From a virus (Duplodnaviria; Caudoviricetes), in the IMG/VR virus record IMGVR_UViG_3300047557_001693, positions 28,532 to 92,531 of that record: 64,000 nt of DNA; one strand, written 5' to 3'. Positions within the stretch are counted from its first letter, which is position 1; every line of letters begins with the position of its first letter. The notes beneath the pieces were generated by a model. That model saw only the letters and a program-made list of their open reading frames with translations. It ran no database searches and had not been told where the DNA came from. The position numbers were made by a program, and so were the translations under genes. Shown here piece by piece: positions 20,401-29,500 of the stretch.

Positions 20401-23400
20401 AGCAATAATAGGAACAGGAGTAGTAGGAGCAGAAGCAATGCAAGGCTCTCAACCTGAACAACAATCAAAAGGTGGTCACATAAATCCATATATGTACTAT
20501 GCAGGTGGACCAATGCAATCAACTAATAACAAATATTCAAAAAATAATATTATGAAATATAAACGAGGAGGTGGTGTTGGAGGTTTCTTCAAAGACTATG
20601 GTAATTATTTAATAAACGCTAACCTTGCTCCTTTTGAAGCTTTAACAGGTAAAGATTTTTTTGACCCTGAATATAATAATAAGATTTTTCAAGTTGGAGA
20701 TAAAATTACTGAAACAGCATCTAACATAGGTATGGGTATGTTAGGTTCTATGTATTTAACACCTCAAGGTTATCAAGCAGCTAGACAAGGTATAAATTCT
20801 ATTTCTGATGAATTTATAGATACTCCACAACAACAGCAGCAACAATATCCTCAACAACAATATTCTCCTAATGTAAATCAAGGATTATCATTTGCAGCTA
20901 CTGGTGGTAATATAAATAATAATTCATTAAATTTGCAAAACTCTATGAGAGGTAAATACAACAGTTATAAAAGAAAGTATTCCAGAGGTGGTACTTTTCA
21001 AAAATATGGAATAAATGAAATTCCTGAATCTGCAGGTTATCATCATCAAAATGCTTATGGTGGAGTACCTATTGGACCTAATGCTATGGCTGAAGGTGGA
21101 GAATTTGTACTTGACAATAATTATGTTGTATCAGATCAAGTAGATGGTATGAACACTCAAACTGATGAGTTTGGTAGAACTATGGCTCAAAATCTTAAAA
21201 GAGATTTGAGTAAATATACATTAAGAGATTTAGATTCTAAAAATAGAGATCAAGAAAGAAGACCTTACAGTGATATTTCTAGCCTTACTATTGAGCAAAT
21301 TAAACAAAATGCTATAATAGAAACTGAAAAGGCAAGAGCTGAAGCACAAGCTAAAGAAGAACAAAGACAAGCTATGGTTAATGGTGCTTTACAATATGCA
21401 GCTGCAGGTGGTAAGTTAAATAAAGATCTTGAAAAGATTTTAAGTAATGATATCCAAAGATATGTTGAAGCAGATAATTATTATGCTTATGGTGGATATC
21501 TTCCTAAAGATAAAGGGTTTAATATGCCTAACTCCTATGCTAAAGGTGGTAGTATTCATATTAAGAAATCTAAAAGAGGTACATTTACTGCTGCAGCTAA
21601 AAAGAGAGGTAAATCTGTACAAGAGTTTGCAAGACAAGTATTAGCTAATAAAGAAAAATATTCTGCAGCTATGGTTAAAAAAGCTAACTTTGCTAGAAAT
21701 GCTTCTAAATGGAAACATGCAGATGGTGGATATACTTTTGGAAATGAAACTCCTGAAATAATTTATCCACAACAACCAATGTTATACAATATAGCTCCAA
21801 CAGATGTTGAACAACCATATGTTATAAATAATAATCAACTTCTCAATAGTATGCCAAAAAGAAATCCTGTAATTTCTGATGAAGGTTTTATATATGATGA
21901 TAGTGAAACAAATGTTAAACCAACTACATCATTAGATTATAATATTGATAAAAATATAATTGATCCTAATAATAAAAATTTAAATGCAAATATAAATTTC
22001 TTAAGAGAAAGTTCAAAAGGTAAAATAGGAGTTACTGGTAGTTATGAAAATTCTACAACTTTAACACCACAAGAGTTAGAAGAAATTAGAACACAACAAG
22101 CAATAAATCAACAAAAATTAAATTTAGGTTTAACTGGTAGTAGAACATTTAATACAAAAAATGATGGTAAAATAATAGTTGGAGGAAGTGTAAATTCTAC
22201 TATGCAACCAGGTTCTGCACCAGTTTATAATTATCAAGGTACTGTTGGTTATAGTACACCTAAAGGAAATACATTTGATGCTAATATTTCAAGAGATGCA
22301 GCTACTGGAGCTACTACTGGAAAAGTTAGTGGTAAAATTGTATTTGGAAAAGCAAAAGGTGGTCCAATGGTATCTAATGTTGCACAACCATTTCAAGTAG
22401 CTGCACAAAACAGAGGTGGAATGATGATGAATTATGCTATGGGTGGTAATATGTATGCTATGGGTGGTCCTGGTGATGAATTAGATCCTGAACAACTTAA
22501 AGCACAAGGATTTGTAGAATATGAAGAATATTTTTACAATCCTACTACTGGTCAATATATTGATAAAGTTTCTATAGACACTAGACGTGAAAAACAACTT
22601 CAGGAACGTATAGATAGATTTATGGAACAAGATGTTAAATTTGATAATTCAGCTATAAAACCTATGGCTAGTTTATTAAGTAATACAGGAATTGAAAATT
22701 CACCTATTAATACAGGTATAATGACATATGATGCAACTCCTCAAGCTACAAATCCACTTGGAGGAATTAAAAAACCTGGAATGGAAAATATGATTGGTTC
22801 TAATACTTTTGAACCAGGAACTACTTATAGTATAGCTAATACAAATCCTTATGGAAGTTATTATGATTTAAGATATTCAGATCCAAATTCTTTTGACTTT
22901 TCTTTAGATAGATTTCCTATTTTAGATAGAGAGGGTAACATTCAAACTACTCCTGAAGATTTTGCAAGATTACAAAGTGTAGCAGGTACAGATATTGAAC
23001 AATCTAGATTAAATAGATTTACTGAACCTTACAATCAAGTAATGTCTACTAGAGATAAAGTTAGAAGAGCTTATCAAAATAAATCTCCTTACTTAGATAA
23101 TATGGTAGATGAGCCTGCTAAATCTAATAAGTCAAATAATTATTTTAGAAATCTAAATACACCTAATGTAATAGATGCTCAAGGTAATACAAGTAGTATT
23201 CTTAGTAGAAGAAATAAAAATCAATCTACACCAGTAGAACCTATTGAAAGAATGCAATCTAGAAATCTTCAGCAATTACCTACAGATAATACACCATTAT
23301 CAATAACAAATAACTATCCAGAGTCTAGTTATAGACCAGCTACATTAACAGAAGAAGAACAAAACATGTTAGATAGAATGTCTAATACAGCAGGCTTTAT

Positions 23401-24601
23401 ACCATCTGATGTAATGTCTGGAAAATTAGGAACTTCTACTGCACCTTTCCCTTATGAAGAAGGACCTGTTAATATTTCTATTCCTAGAGAAGCAAATCCT
23501 GGAGAAAACATTAGATTTATACTACCAGAAGGATCTGATATAATTGAAGATTTACCAGGAACTGTTTCAACTCAAACAAAAGTTTCTGATGCAGCTATAG
23601 GTTTAGATAATAATTTATCAGATCTTCCATTAAATTTTACAGAAAAATCTGCTAAAAAATATGGTTTAAATCCTAATGTAAATAATATTAATATTGTACC
23701 TAAACAACCTAATGATGGTCTTGGAATACCAGATTATATATCAATGGTAGCACAAGCTGCAGGCCCATTAATTCAATCATACTATGGATTAAAAGGAGGT
23801 GATGATGTTAACTATGAAAGAATTAAAGCTGATAAAATAGATCCTTATAAAGCAATACAAATAATAAGAGATTATTTTACAACAGGTGATAATACTACAA
23901 GTTATAACTTAAGACAAAATGCTCCTACATCAGGAAGTTTTATGTCTAATATGAGATCAAAATTACAAAATCTTAAAGATAAAGCAGCTCAAATTGCAAA
24001 TATGCAGTATCAAGCTGATGTAGCTAATACTCAAACGCAAAATCAAGTTAATGCACAAAATGCTCAAATAGCAATGCAGGAGCAAATTGATAGATTACAA
24101 GAGAAAGATGCTGCTAGAACTAATGTAACAGAAGGTTTTAGTGGATTAGGTTCATCTGCTGCTAATATGATTAGAGATTATAGAATTAATCAATTAAATA
24201 AAACTATTGCTGAAAATATTGGTACTAGTAATACTCAATTAGTTAGAGGTGCAGATGGAAAATATAGACTTGTAATGAAACCTAATAGTGGAAATGATTG
24301 GACACCAACACCTTACAATGATCCTTATAAACAAAATGCACCTGCAGCAAATACAGGTGCTAATGCACCATCTGCTAATGTTACTCCTGCTGCTGCACCA
24401 GCTGCTAATACAACACCAAAATCAGTTAATTTTGACGATAATATTAAAGATAAAACAGCAGGTGATGCATTTAGAAAATGGGTTAATGAAAAACATCCTG
24501 ACTATGCTAAAGAAAAAGATTTATGGGTAAGTGGAGAATATAATAATAGTTATATTAAGAAAGCTTGGGATGAATATGGTAAAGAATATTTAGGACAATA
24601 A
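17411..24601 (+). CDS. Virion cargo (ejection) protein 1, multi-module polyprotein-like
   Basis: First gene after the muzzle; ~18 x-[AS]-x-GG-like motifs separate modules, including HELMH zincin, YHGS ART-like and a basic domain; N/Q-rich helical C-terminal core. Confidence 0.7.
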   Translation: MAEKNSLWKNIRKKAEQNRRTGAKPKKPTAEMLRQERKIKAQKANGGPVGDDDLMLSNIYNKYPAFRNMGNVTLKADTGFTKENTGIGDIEFFDSKTKEITYPNGYKVVNPSNNGSGIIYNPNTNTEQNIMLDMLHGMPSDPVYNKIKSELGDAYLNSEFAEDFYNDSKYFKNKVGEEKWKEWYGNDKGFFDKSYLDGVIRNLMFEGTAEDFKKNNYWEDARKEYFKDKDIKTKYTQLENYLKTGQGYVLPEVEIFGDKIKANGGPTKSLVQPPVLLDDNIIYPTDNPYMPGVNKDILDSDYDSYMRWREGFINNQGMTPEEYYQTYPSRQEYDRQNFDPANFYKGVSLAQGGPTDGKDDPFKSTLNQGVTVAKPAQDWVSSWVQHPEFANRLNENFRDHASKLSKKIYGNKEAKQRAAESNLKSINKAIPGVISDIYDTKFLYNTNPENNSQLLDLYRASYNDPEYDKFFKKTMSKNPQGFTDEQGRIVITNAANDQYGPESVSVHELMHKTGLYDDETFDRTFKGKFLTPSQDRLDKDFNRGEMYPFLMQMRFDNNFQPGEIITPERLKQIKESGYKNHLFKYYTDDEISKYLNTLASNQTQTPMQYAAQGGYMYDSGGNTNPVTLYKKAQYDPNTGKILEYAGTQGNEYYVTPNTPQGIDFERRLSEIEVVEDTGLYNPDIVGPTAPKFIPSETGWIQNPNWRGGDALEYVPIESALLPASLPIKASTNLGKVGKFAAEALNPLGGFRNISKKLVKSPNTFKSEIDWGKWNPDTPNYPELINEYNAIEESTKKAGTWMKNPDGSPFQGTPEQFIQQRSSWFKKYVEDAGGNYDEVINDPYFYHGSKTKGIKEFHTPQHADYTKATGDTPETGIFITKRKSLADIYASEKLFDDLTPKIGKKTGETYQLYAPANYANPGLKNPNNSNKLINTGTLKLKDVDYLESLGYSGLKQSSMFEGSERAIFNPNLLKSAVGNVGFFDITNPNIYKVVVPPAAIIGTGVVGAEAMQGSQPEQQSKGGHINPYMYYAGGPMQSTNNKYSKNNIMKYKRGGGVGGFFKDYGNYLINANLAPFEALTGKDFFDPEYNNKIFQVGDKITETASNIGMGMLGSMYLTPQGYQAARQGINSISDEFIDTPQQQQQQYPQQQYSPNVNQGLSFAATGGNINNNSLNLQNSMRGKYNSYKRKYSRGGTFQKYGINEIPESAGYHHQNAYGGVPIGPNAMAEGGEFVLDNNYVVSDQVDGMNTQTDEFGRTMAQNLKRDLSKYTLRDLDSKNRDQERRPYSDISSLTIEQIKQNAIIETEKARAEAQAKEEQRQAMVNGALQYAAAGGKLNKDLEKILSNDIQRYVEADNYYAYGGYLPKDKGFNMPNSYAKGGSIHIKKSKRGTFTAAAKKRGKSVQEFARQVLANKEKYSAAMVKKANFARNASKWKHADGGYTFGNETPEIIYPQQPMLYNIAPTDVEQPYVINNNQLLNSMPKRNPVISDEGFIYDDSETNVKPTTSLDYNIDKNIIDPNNKNLNANINFLRESSKGKIGVTGSYENSTTLTPQELEEIRTQQAINQQKLNLGLTGSRTFNTKNDGKIIVGGSVNSTMQPGSAPVYNYQGTVGYSTPKGNTFDANISRDAATGATTGKVSGKIVFGKAKGGPMVSNVAQPFQVAAQNRGGMMMNYAMGGNMYAMGGPGDELDPEQLKAQGFVEYEEYFYNPTTGQYIDKVSIDTRREKQLQERIDRFMEQDVKFDNSAIKPMASLLSNTGIENSPINTGIMTYDATPQATNPLGGIKKPGMENMIGSNTFEPGTTYSIANTNPYGSYYDLRYSDPNSFDFSLDRFPILDREGNIQTTPEDFARLQSVAGTDIEQSRLNRFTEPYNQVMSTRDKVRRAYQNKSPYLDNMVDEPAKSNKSNNYFRNLNTPNVIDAQGNTSSILSRRNKNQSTPVEPIERMQSRNLQQLPTDNTPLSITNNYPESSYRPATLTEEEQNMLDRMSNTAGFIPSDVMSGKLGTSTAPFPYEEGPVNISIPREANPGENIRFILPEGSDIIEDLPGTVSTQTKVSDAAIGLDNNLSDLPLNFTEKSAKKYGLNPNVNNINIVPKQPNDGLGIPDYISMVAQAAGPLIQSYYGLKGGDDVNYERIKADKIDPYKAIQIIRDYFTTGDNTTSYNLRQNAPTSGSFMSNMRSKLQNLKDKAAQIANMQYQADVANTQTQNQVNAQNAQIAMQEQIDRLQEKDAARTNVTEGFSGLGSSAANMIRDYRINQLNKTIAENIGTSNTQLVRGADGKYRLVMKPNSGNDWTPTPYNDPYKQNAPAANTGANAPSANVTPAAAPAANTTPKSVNFDDNIKDKTAGDAFRKWVNEKHPDYAKEKDLWVSGEYNNSYIKKAWDEYGKEYLGQ

Positions 24602-24618
24602 TTAAATAAAAATAAGAT

Positions 24619-26502
24619 ATGAGATTTTATAAACCTAGATTAAGAGAATATGTATCTACTCAAGTAGATATGCCTTGGGAATTCTTACAAGGAGTTGCTG
24701 AACAAAAACAAAAAAGTTATGATGCTGCTTTAGCACAAGGTGATGCTGCTAATAAACTTTTAAACTTTGAAGTTAATCCTGGTGATATGCCAGGTAAGCA
24801 ACATGTTCAAAATGAATATAATGATCAATTATATCAAATTACAGATTATATAAGACAAACAGGTGACTTTAATACTGCATCTAGAGAGTTTGCTAAAGTT
24901 ATTAAAAACATTGCTCAAGATAAAAGAATACAAGTTATGACTAATGCTGTTAAACCATATAGTGAACAAAAACCTGTTATAGAAAAAATGATTACTGAAA
25001 ATAAACTTCTTAATCCTTGGCAAAGTAATTGGAATCCAATGTATTCTACATATAATCCTGAAACAGGTGAGTTAAGAAATTATAATCAAAGTGTGGGTTA
25101 TGAAACTCCTGATTATAATAAATATTTAAAAGAAACATTTGGTGATTTAAGATTAAGTACAAGTGGAAATTCTTATGAAGTAGTAGATCCTATAAATGGA
25201 ACAATACAAAACATATCTACTGAAGGAGGTGCTATTACAGCTAAAGATATAATGAATAGAGCTAAAACATCACTATATAACTATAGAGCAACACCTGCTT
25301 ATTTTGATCATAAACAAGAAGCTTTATATAGATTTAGAAATGGTTTAGTAAGTGAAGAAAAACTTAAAGAATTTGAAACTGATCCTAATAAAGCAGTATC
25401 TGAATTATCTGATGAAATAGCAGTTAACAAATTATATGTACATGGCTTACAACAAATTGAAAGTAAGTTTAGTAGAAAAGTTGATACTGATTATATGCCA
25501 GAATGGAAATATAATCAATTAAATCCTCCTGATGCTCCTGATACTGATTGGATTCCTTTAGAAGCTATGAATATTGCAGGAACTGTTACTGATAATGAAT
25601 TTGAAAATCAAGAAGGTTCTTTAAAACAACCTAAAGCAGATAGTAAATATGGATGGATGAGAAAAGACATGGGAGTTCCAGAAACAAGAAAAGATTATTA
25701 TAAACCATTTAAAGAATTAAGTAAAGAAAATAAACAAATTGCTTTAAAATGGTTTGAAACTACAAATAATCCTAAATTAAAAAGATTATATGAAAATAAC
25801 CAATTAGATCAAAAAACATTAGGATGGGTTAATGGAGAAATTAATAAATATAGAAATCAGTTTTTTGCTACAGCAAAACAAAATGTTCAAGGTAGAGGAT
25901 TTAAAGATCCAGGAAAAGTTGCTAAACAATATGTTGGTGTAGAATCTTCAAATGGAACATTTGATGCTGAAAATTTAACTTCAGGTGCAGGATTTTTAAC
26001 AAGTAGTACTGAAGTTTATAATGTAAAAACAAATGAAAAAATGCCATTAAACAAAATACCTATTGCTCCTGGAGATAAAGCTGAAATATCTAAAGAGTTT
26101 AGTTGGAAGTCTCCATTCTTTACATTATCAGGTAATAATCCACTATGGTCTGTTCCAAGACAACTTGTAATTAAAGATAAAGATGGTGCTATAAAAGGTA
26201 TTTATGCTATTCCTAGAATAAAAGAAGATAGAGAATTTACAGCTGCTGCTATAAATTCTAGTGCATTATATACACCAGGAGTAAAAGCACAATCTCATAG
26301 ATCAGCATATAATATACAATTTAATCCAGTAAATCCTAGTACACTTCAACCTTTAACTCAAGATGAAATACAATCTTATTTACAAACAGGAAAAGAAATG
26401 AAAGGATCATATGATATTTATGATAAAAGTGGTAATTTAGTAAACGATGTAATATTACCTACTCCTGAAGACGCAACTTATTTTTTAAATGAAATTGAAT
26501 AA
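24619..26502 (+). CDS. Virion cargo (ejection) protein 2
   Basis: N-terminus 'MRFYKP...YVSTQVDMPWEFL' and helical content; lies between cargo 1 and the vRNAP gene as in crAss-like phages. Confidence 0.6.
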   Translation: MRFYKPRLREYVSTQVDMPWEFLQGVAEQKQKSYDAALAQGDAANKLLNFEVNPGDMPGKQHVQNEYNDQLYQITDYIRQTGDFNTASREFAKVIKNIAQDKRIQVMTNAVKPYSEQKPVIEKMITENKLLNPWQSNWNPMYSTYNPETGELRNYNQSVGYETPDYNKYLKETFGDLRLSTSGNSYEVVDPINGTIQNISTEGGAITAKDIMNRAKTSLYNYRATPAYFDHKQEALYRFRNGLVSEEKLKEFETDPNKAVSELSDEIAVNKLYVHGLQQIESKFSRKVDTDYMPEWKYNQLNPPDAPDTDWIPLEAMNIAGTVTDNEFENQEGSLKQPKADSKYGWMRKDMGVPETRKDYYKPFKELSKENKQIALKWFETTNNPKLKRLYENNQLDQKTLGWVNGEINKYRNQFFATAKQNVQGRGFKDPGKVAKQYVGVESSNGTFDAENLTSGAGFLTSSTEVYNVKTNEKMPLNKIPIAPGDKAEISKEFSWKSPFFTLSGNNPLWSVPRQLVIKDKDGAIKGIYAIPRIKEDREFTAAAINSSALYTPGVKAQSHRSAYNIQFNPVNPSTLQPLTQDEIQSYLQTGKEMKGSYDIYDKSGNLVNDVILPTPEDATYFLNEIE

Positions 26503-26516
26503 TAAAATATAAAACT

Positions 26517-29500
26517 ATGCCAGAAGAAAAATTAAACTCCAGTAAGTTAATAGGTATGATGAAAAATTCAGCACCATCTAATCCTGTGATGATTGCTGAT
26601 GAATCAAAATATGATTTAGGTTCTGGATTCACTATTGATCCAAATCCACAATATGCAACTGAAAATATAGAAGATCTTTATGAATCAAGAGCACAAATGC
26701 AGGGTGCTGCTGATAAATGGGGTAATGGTATAGTTAAATTAATAGGTAAAACAGGTACAGCAGTAGTTGGTGGTGTTGGTATGATTGGTTCAGTAGCATA
26801 TAATGTTGCAGGTCAATTAGAAGATTTATGGACAGGTGTAGATGATACATCATTTAAACAAATATATGATAATGATTTTTACAATGCTTTAAATAAAGCT
26901 AATGAAGCAATGGATGAAGATTTTAAACACTATGTTACTAGAGAAGCTCAGGAATATAGTGCTTTTGAAAAAATGGGTACTGCTAATTTTTGGTCTAATG
27001 ACTTCTTACAAGGTGCTTCATTTGTTGTAGGTGCAGTATTAACTGAAGGTGCTTTTGCAGCAATGGCTAGTGTTGGTAGATTAAATAATCTTACAAAAGC
27101 AATTAGAGCTGTAGATAAAGCTATAGGTGCTACAGATAATGTAGTTGGTAGTGTAGGTAGTATGATGAGTAAATCAGCAATTAGACAAACTGGTTATGAA
27201 GCAGCTACATTAGGTAGACAAATGATTACTAGTGCAGGTTATGAATCTGCAGTAGAAGCAAATTCATTTGTTAAAGATGCTAAAGAAAAATGGTTATTAG
27301 ACTTTACTGAAAAAAATAGAAGAGAACCTACTGCTGAAGAAACAGCTGCTGCAATGGATGAAATATATAAAGTAGGTAATAGTGTATTTGGTATTAACTT
27401 AATTGTTACAGGACTTACACAAGCTAAAAGTATACCTGGAATGTTTTCACCTAAATTAGGTAAGATGTTAGGTAGTACTTATAATCCTGAAAAAAAGTTT
27501 TTAAAAGAGATAGTTGAAACTGCAACTTTAACTGATAAGCAATTAATTAGAGCAGCTAAAAACCTTGGAAAAACTGTAGATGAAGTTAAGGCTATGCCTA
27601 ATATTAGTAAATATGCAATATTAACTGGAGGTGAAAAATTTGCAAGAGGTGCTGTTAGAGGTTTAGAAGGTGCTGTGTTTGAAGGTGGTCAAGAAGGTTT
27701 ACAAAAAGCAATTAGTTATGCAGGAGAAGATTATCTTCAAGATAGATTTGATCCTTCAGAATCTGAAGATATTATTAAATCAGGAATTGCAGGTTTGACA
27801 AAAGCTTTTGGTAATAATGCGGAAAGTTGGACTGAAATATTTATTGGTGCTATATTAGGTTCTGCAGGTGGACCTGGACCAAGTGGTTCTAGATTAAAAG
27901 GATGGCAAGGAGGAATTATTGAAGCTTTTAGAGATCCTGCTAATTCTCCTGAATTAAATAGTTTTATTGATTTAGCTAATAATTATGCAGCAAATAGTGA
28001 AGGTATAATGAATAATTATATTAAGCACTTTAATCTAATTACTAATTCTCAATTAAAGAAAGATAATTTTGCTGAACAAAATGATGTTTATAATTATAAA
28101 TCAGAAGAAGCTAAACAGATGTTTGATTATTTAAACATGATGTCTAAGATGGACAGGCTTTCAGAAGTTGAAGAAAAATATCTTGCAGAATTAAATAAAC
28201 TTACTAAAGAACAATTTCAAGAAAGATATGGTTATGAAAATTTAACTGAAAAAGATTTCTTAAAAAGAAAAACAGATATAAATCTTAATATAAAAGAACA
28301 AATTGAATCTGTTAAAAATTCTAGAGATAAAGCTTCTGGTATTTATAGAGGTGGTGATGTTGATGTATTAGATCAAATTGCATATACTGTATATGCTAAT
28401 AAAAATTTAAGTGATAGAAAAAAACAAATGCTATCAGAAATATCTAATACTTTAAATAAAGCTGTATCTCAAAGAACAGCTGAAATTTCAAAGATGGCTA
28501 ATTTTAAAGAAATTAGAGATCTTCAATATTCAATTAATCAGTTAAAAAACTCAAGAGTTGAACCACAAAGTGAACAAGCTCAAGTTGATCAGATAGTAAA
28601 GTTAGAAGCTGAATTAGATAAGCTTCTTGAAAAAACTTATAATAAAGAATTAAAGAATACTGCTCCTGATGCAAAACTTGCTAAAGATTTTCAAAAGTTT
28701 AAAGCAGATGTATTGTTTCACATTGAAGATTTTAATTCTATTTCAGAAGATATAGAAAATGTAGATCCTATAGATAAAGCTGATATACAAAAGAAGTTAG
28801 ATGATATTGGTAAAATTCTTAATCAAGAGCAAGAATATGCAAAACTTTTTAATAGATTACTAACAAGAGAAGGTATTCAAAGCTTAGAAGAATCTGTTAA
28901 TAAATTAAAAGATGATATTGTAAAAGAACATATTGAATTACAAGATTATTTAATGTTTGAAAAGTTTAAAAAGGAAGATCCTAATAAAAAACTTTTTGAA
29001 GCACAGGAACAAATTCTTAAACAGAAAAGAAAAAAAGTAAACTTTGATGTTGCTGTAAGTGCACAAGTCCAAAATACTATTGGACAGATTAATGACATGA
29101 AAACATTAATCAATGGATTATCTCTTGAAGATAATATGAAAGAAAGCTTAATTGTATCTTTTGAAAAGTTACATGAAATTCTTGCAAAATATGAAACTAT
29201 TCCTACAGAAGAAGGTAAAAAGACTTTTTTACAAAATGAAATAAAACCAATGTTTGAAGATTTTAAGAACAGACTTAAGTTTCTTGAAATCTATAGCCCA
29301 GAATCTTATAATAAAGTAATAGGTTCTGAAATATACACTAAATTAAATAACCTTATTAAAAGTTTAGGTGCAACTACTCCAGCAAATTCATCTGCAACAT
29401 TATCTCCTGTTAACTCAGATCCTTCTAGATTACAAACTATGGAGTGGTTACCTAGTCCTGAAGTAGATGCTATTAAAAATACAGTTACTGATATAGATGA

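Noticed and set aside
21053-21100. AYGG and AEGG in 'HHQNAYGGVPIGPNAMAEGGEFV' as polyprotein boundaries
   Set aside because: They appear to be internal turns of one compact domain rather than linker motifs, so they were not counted.
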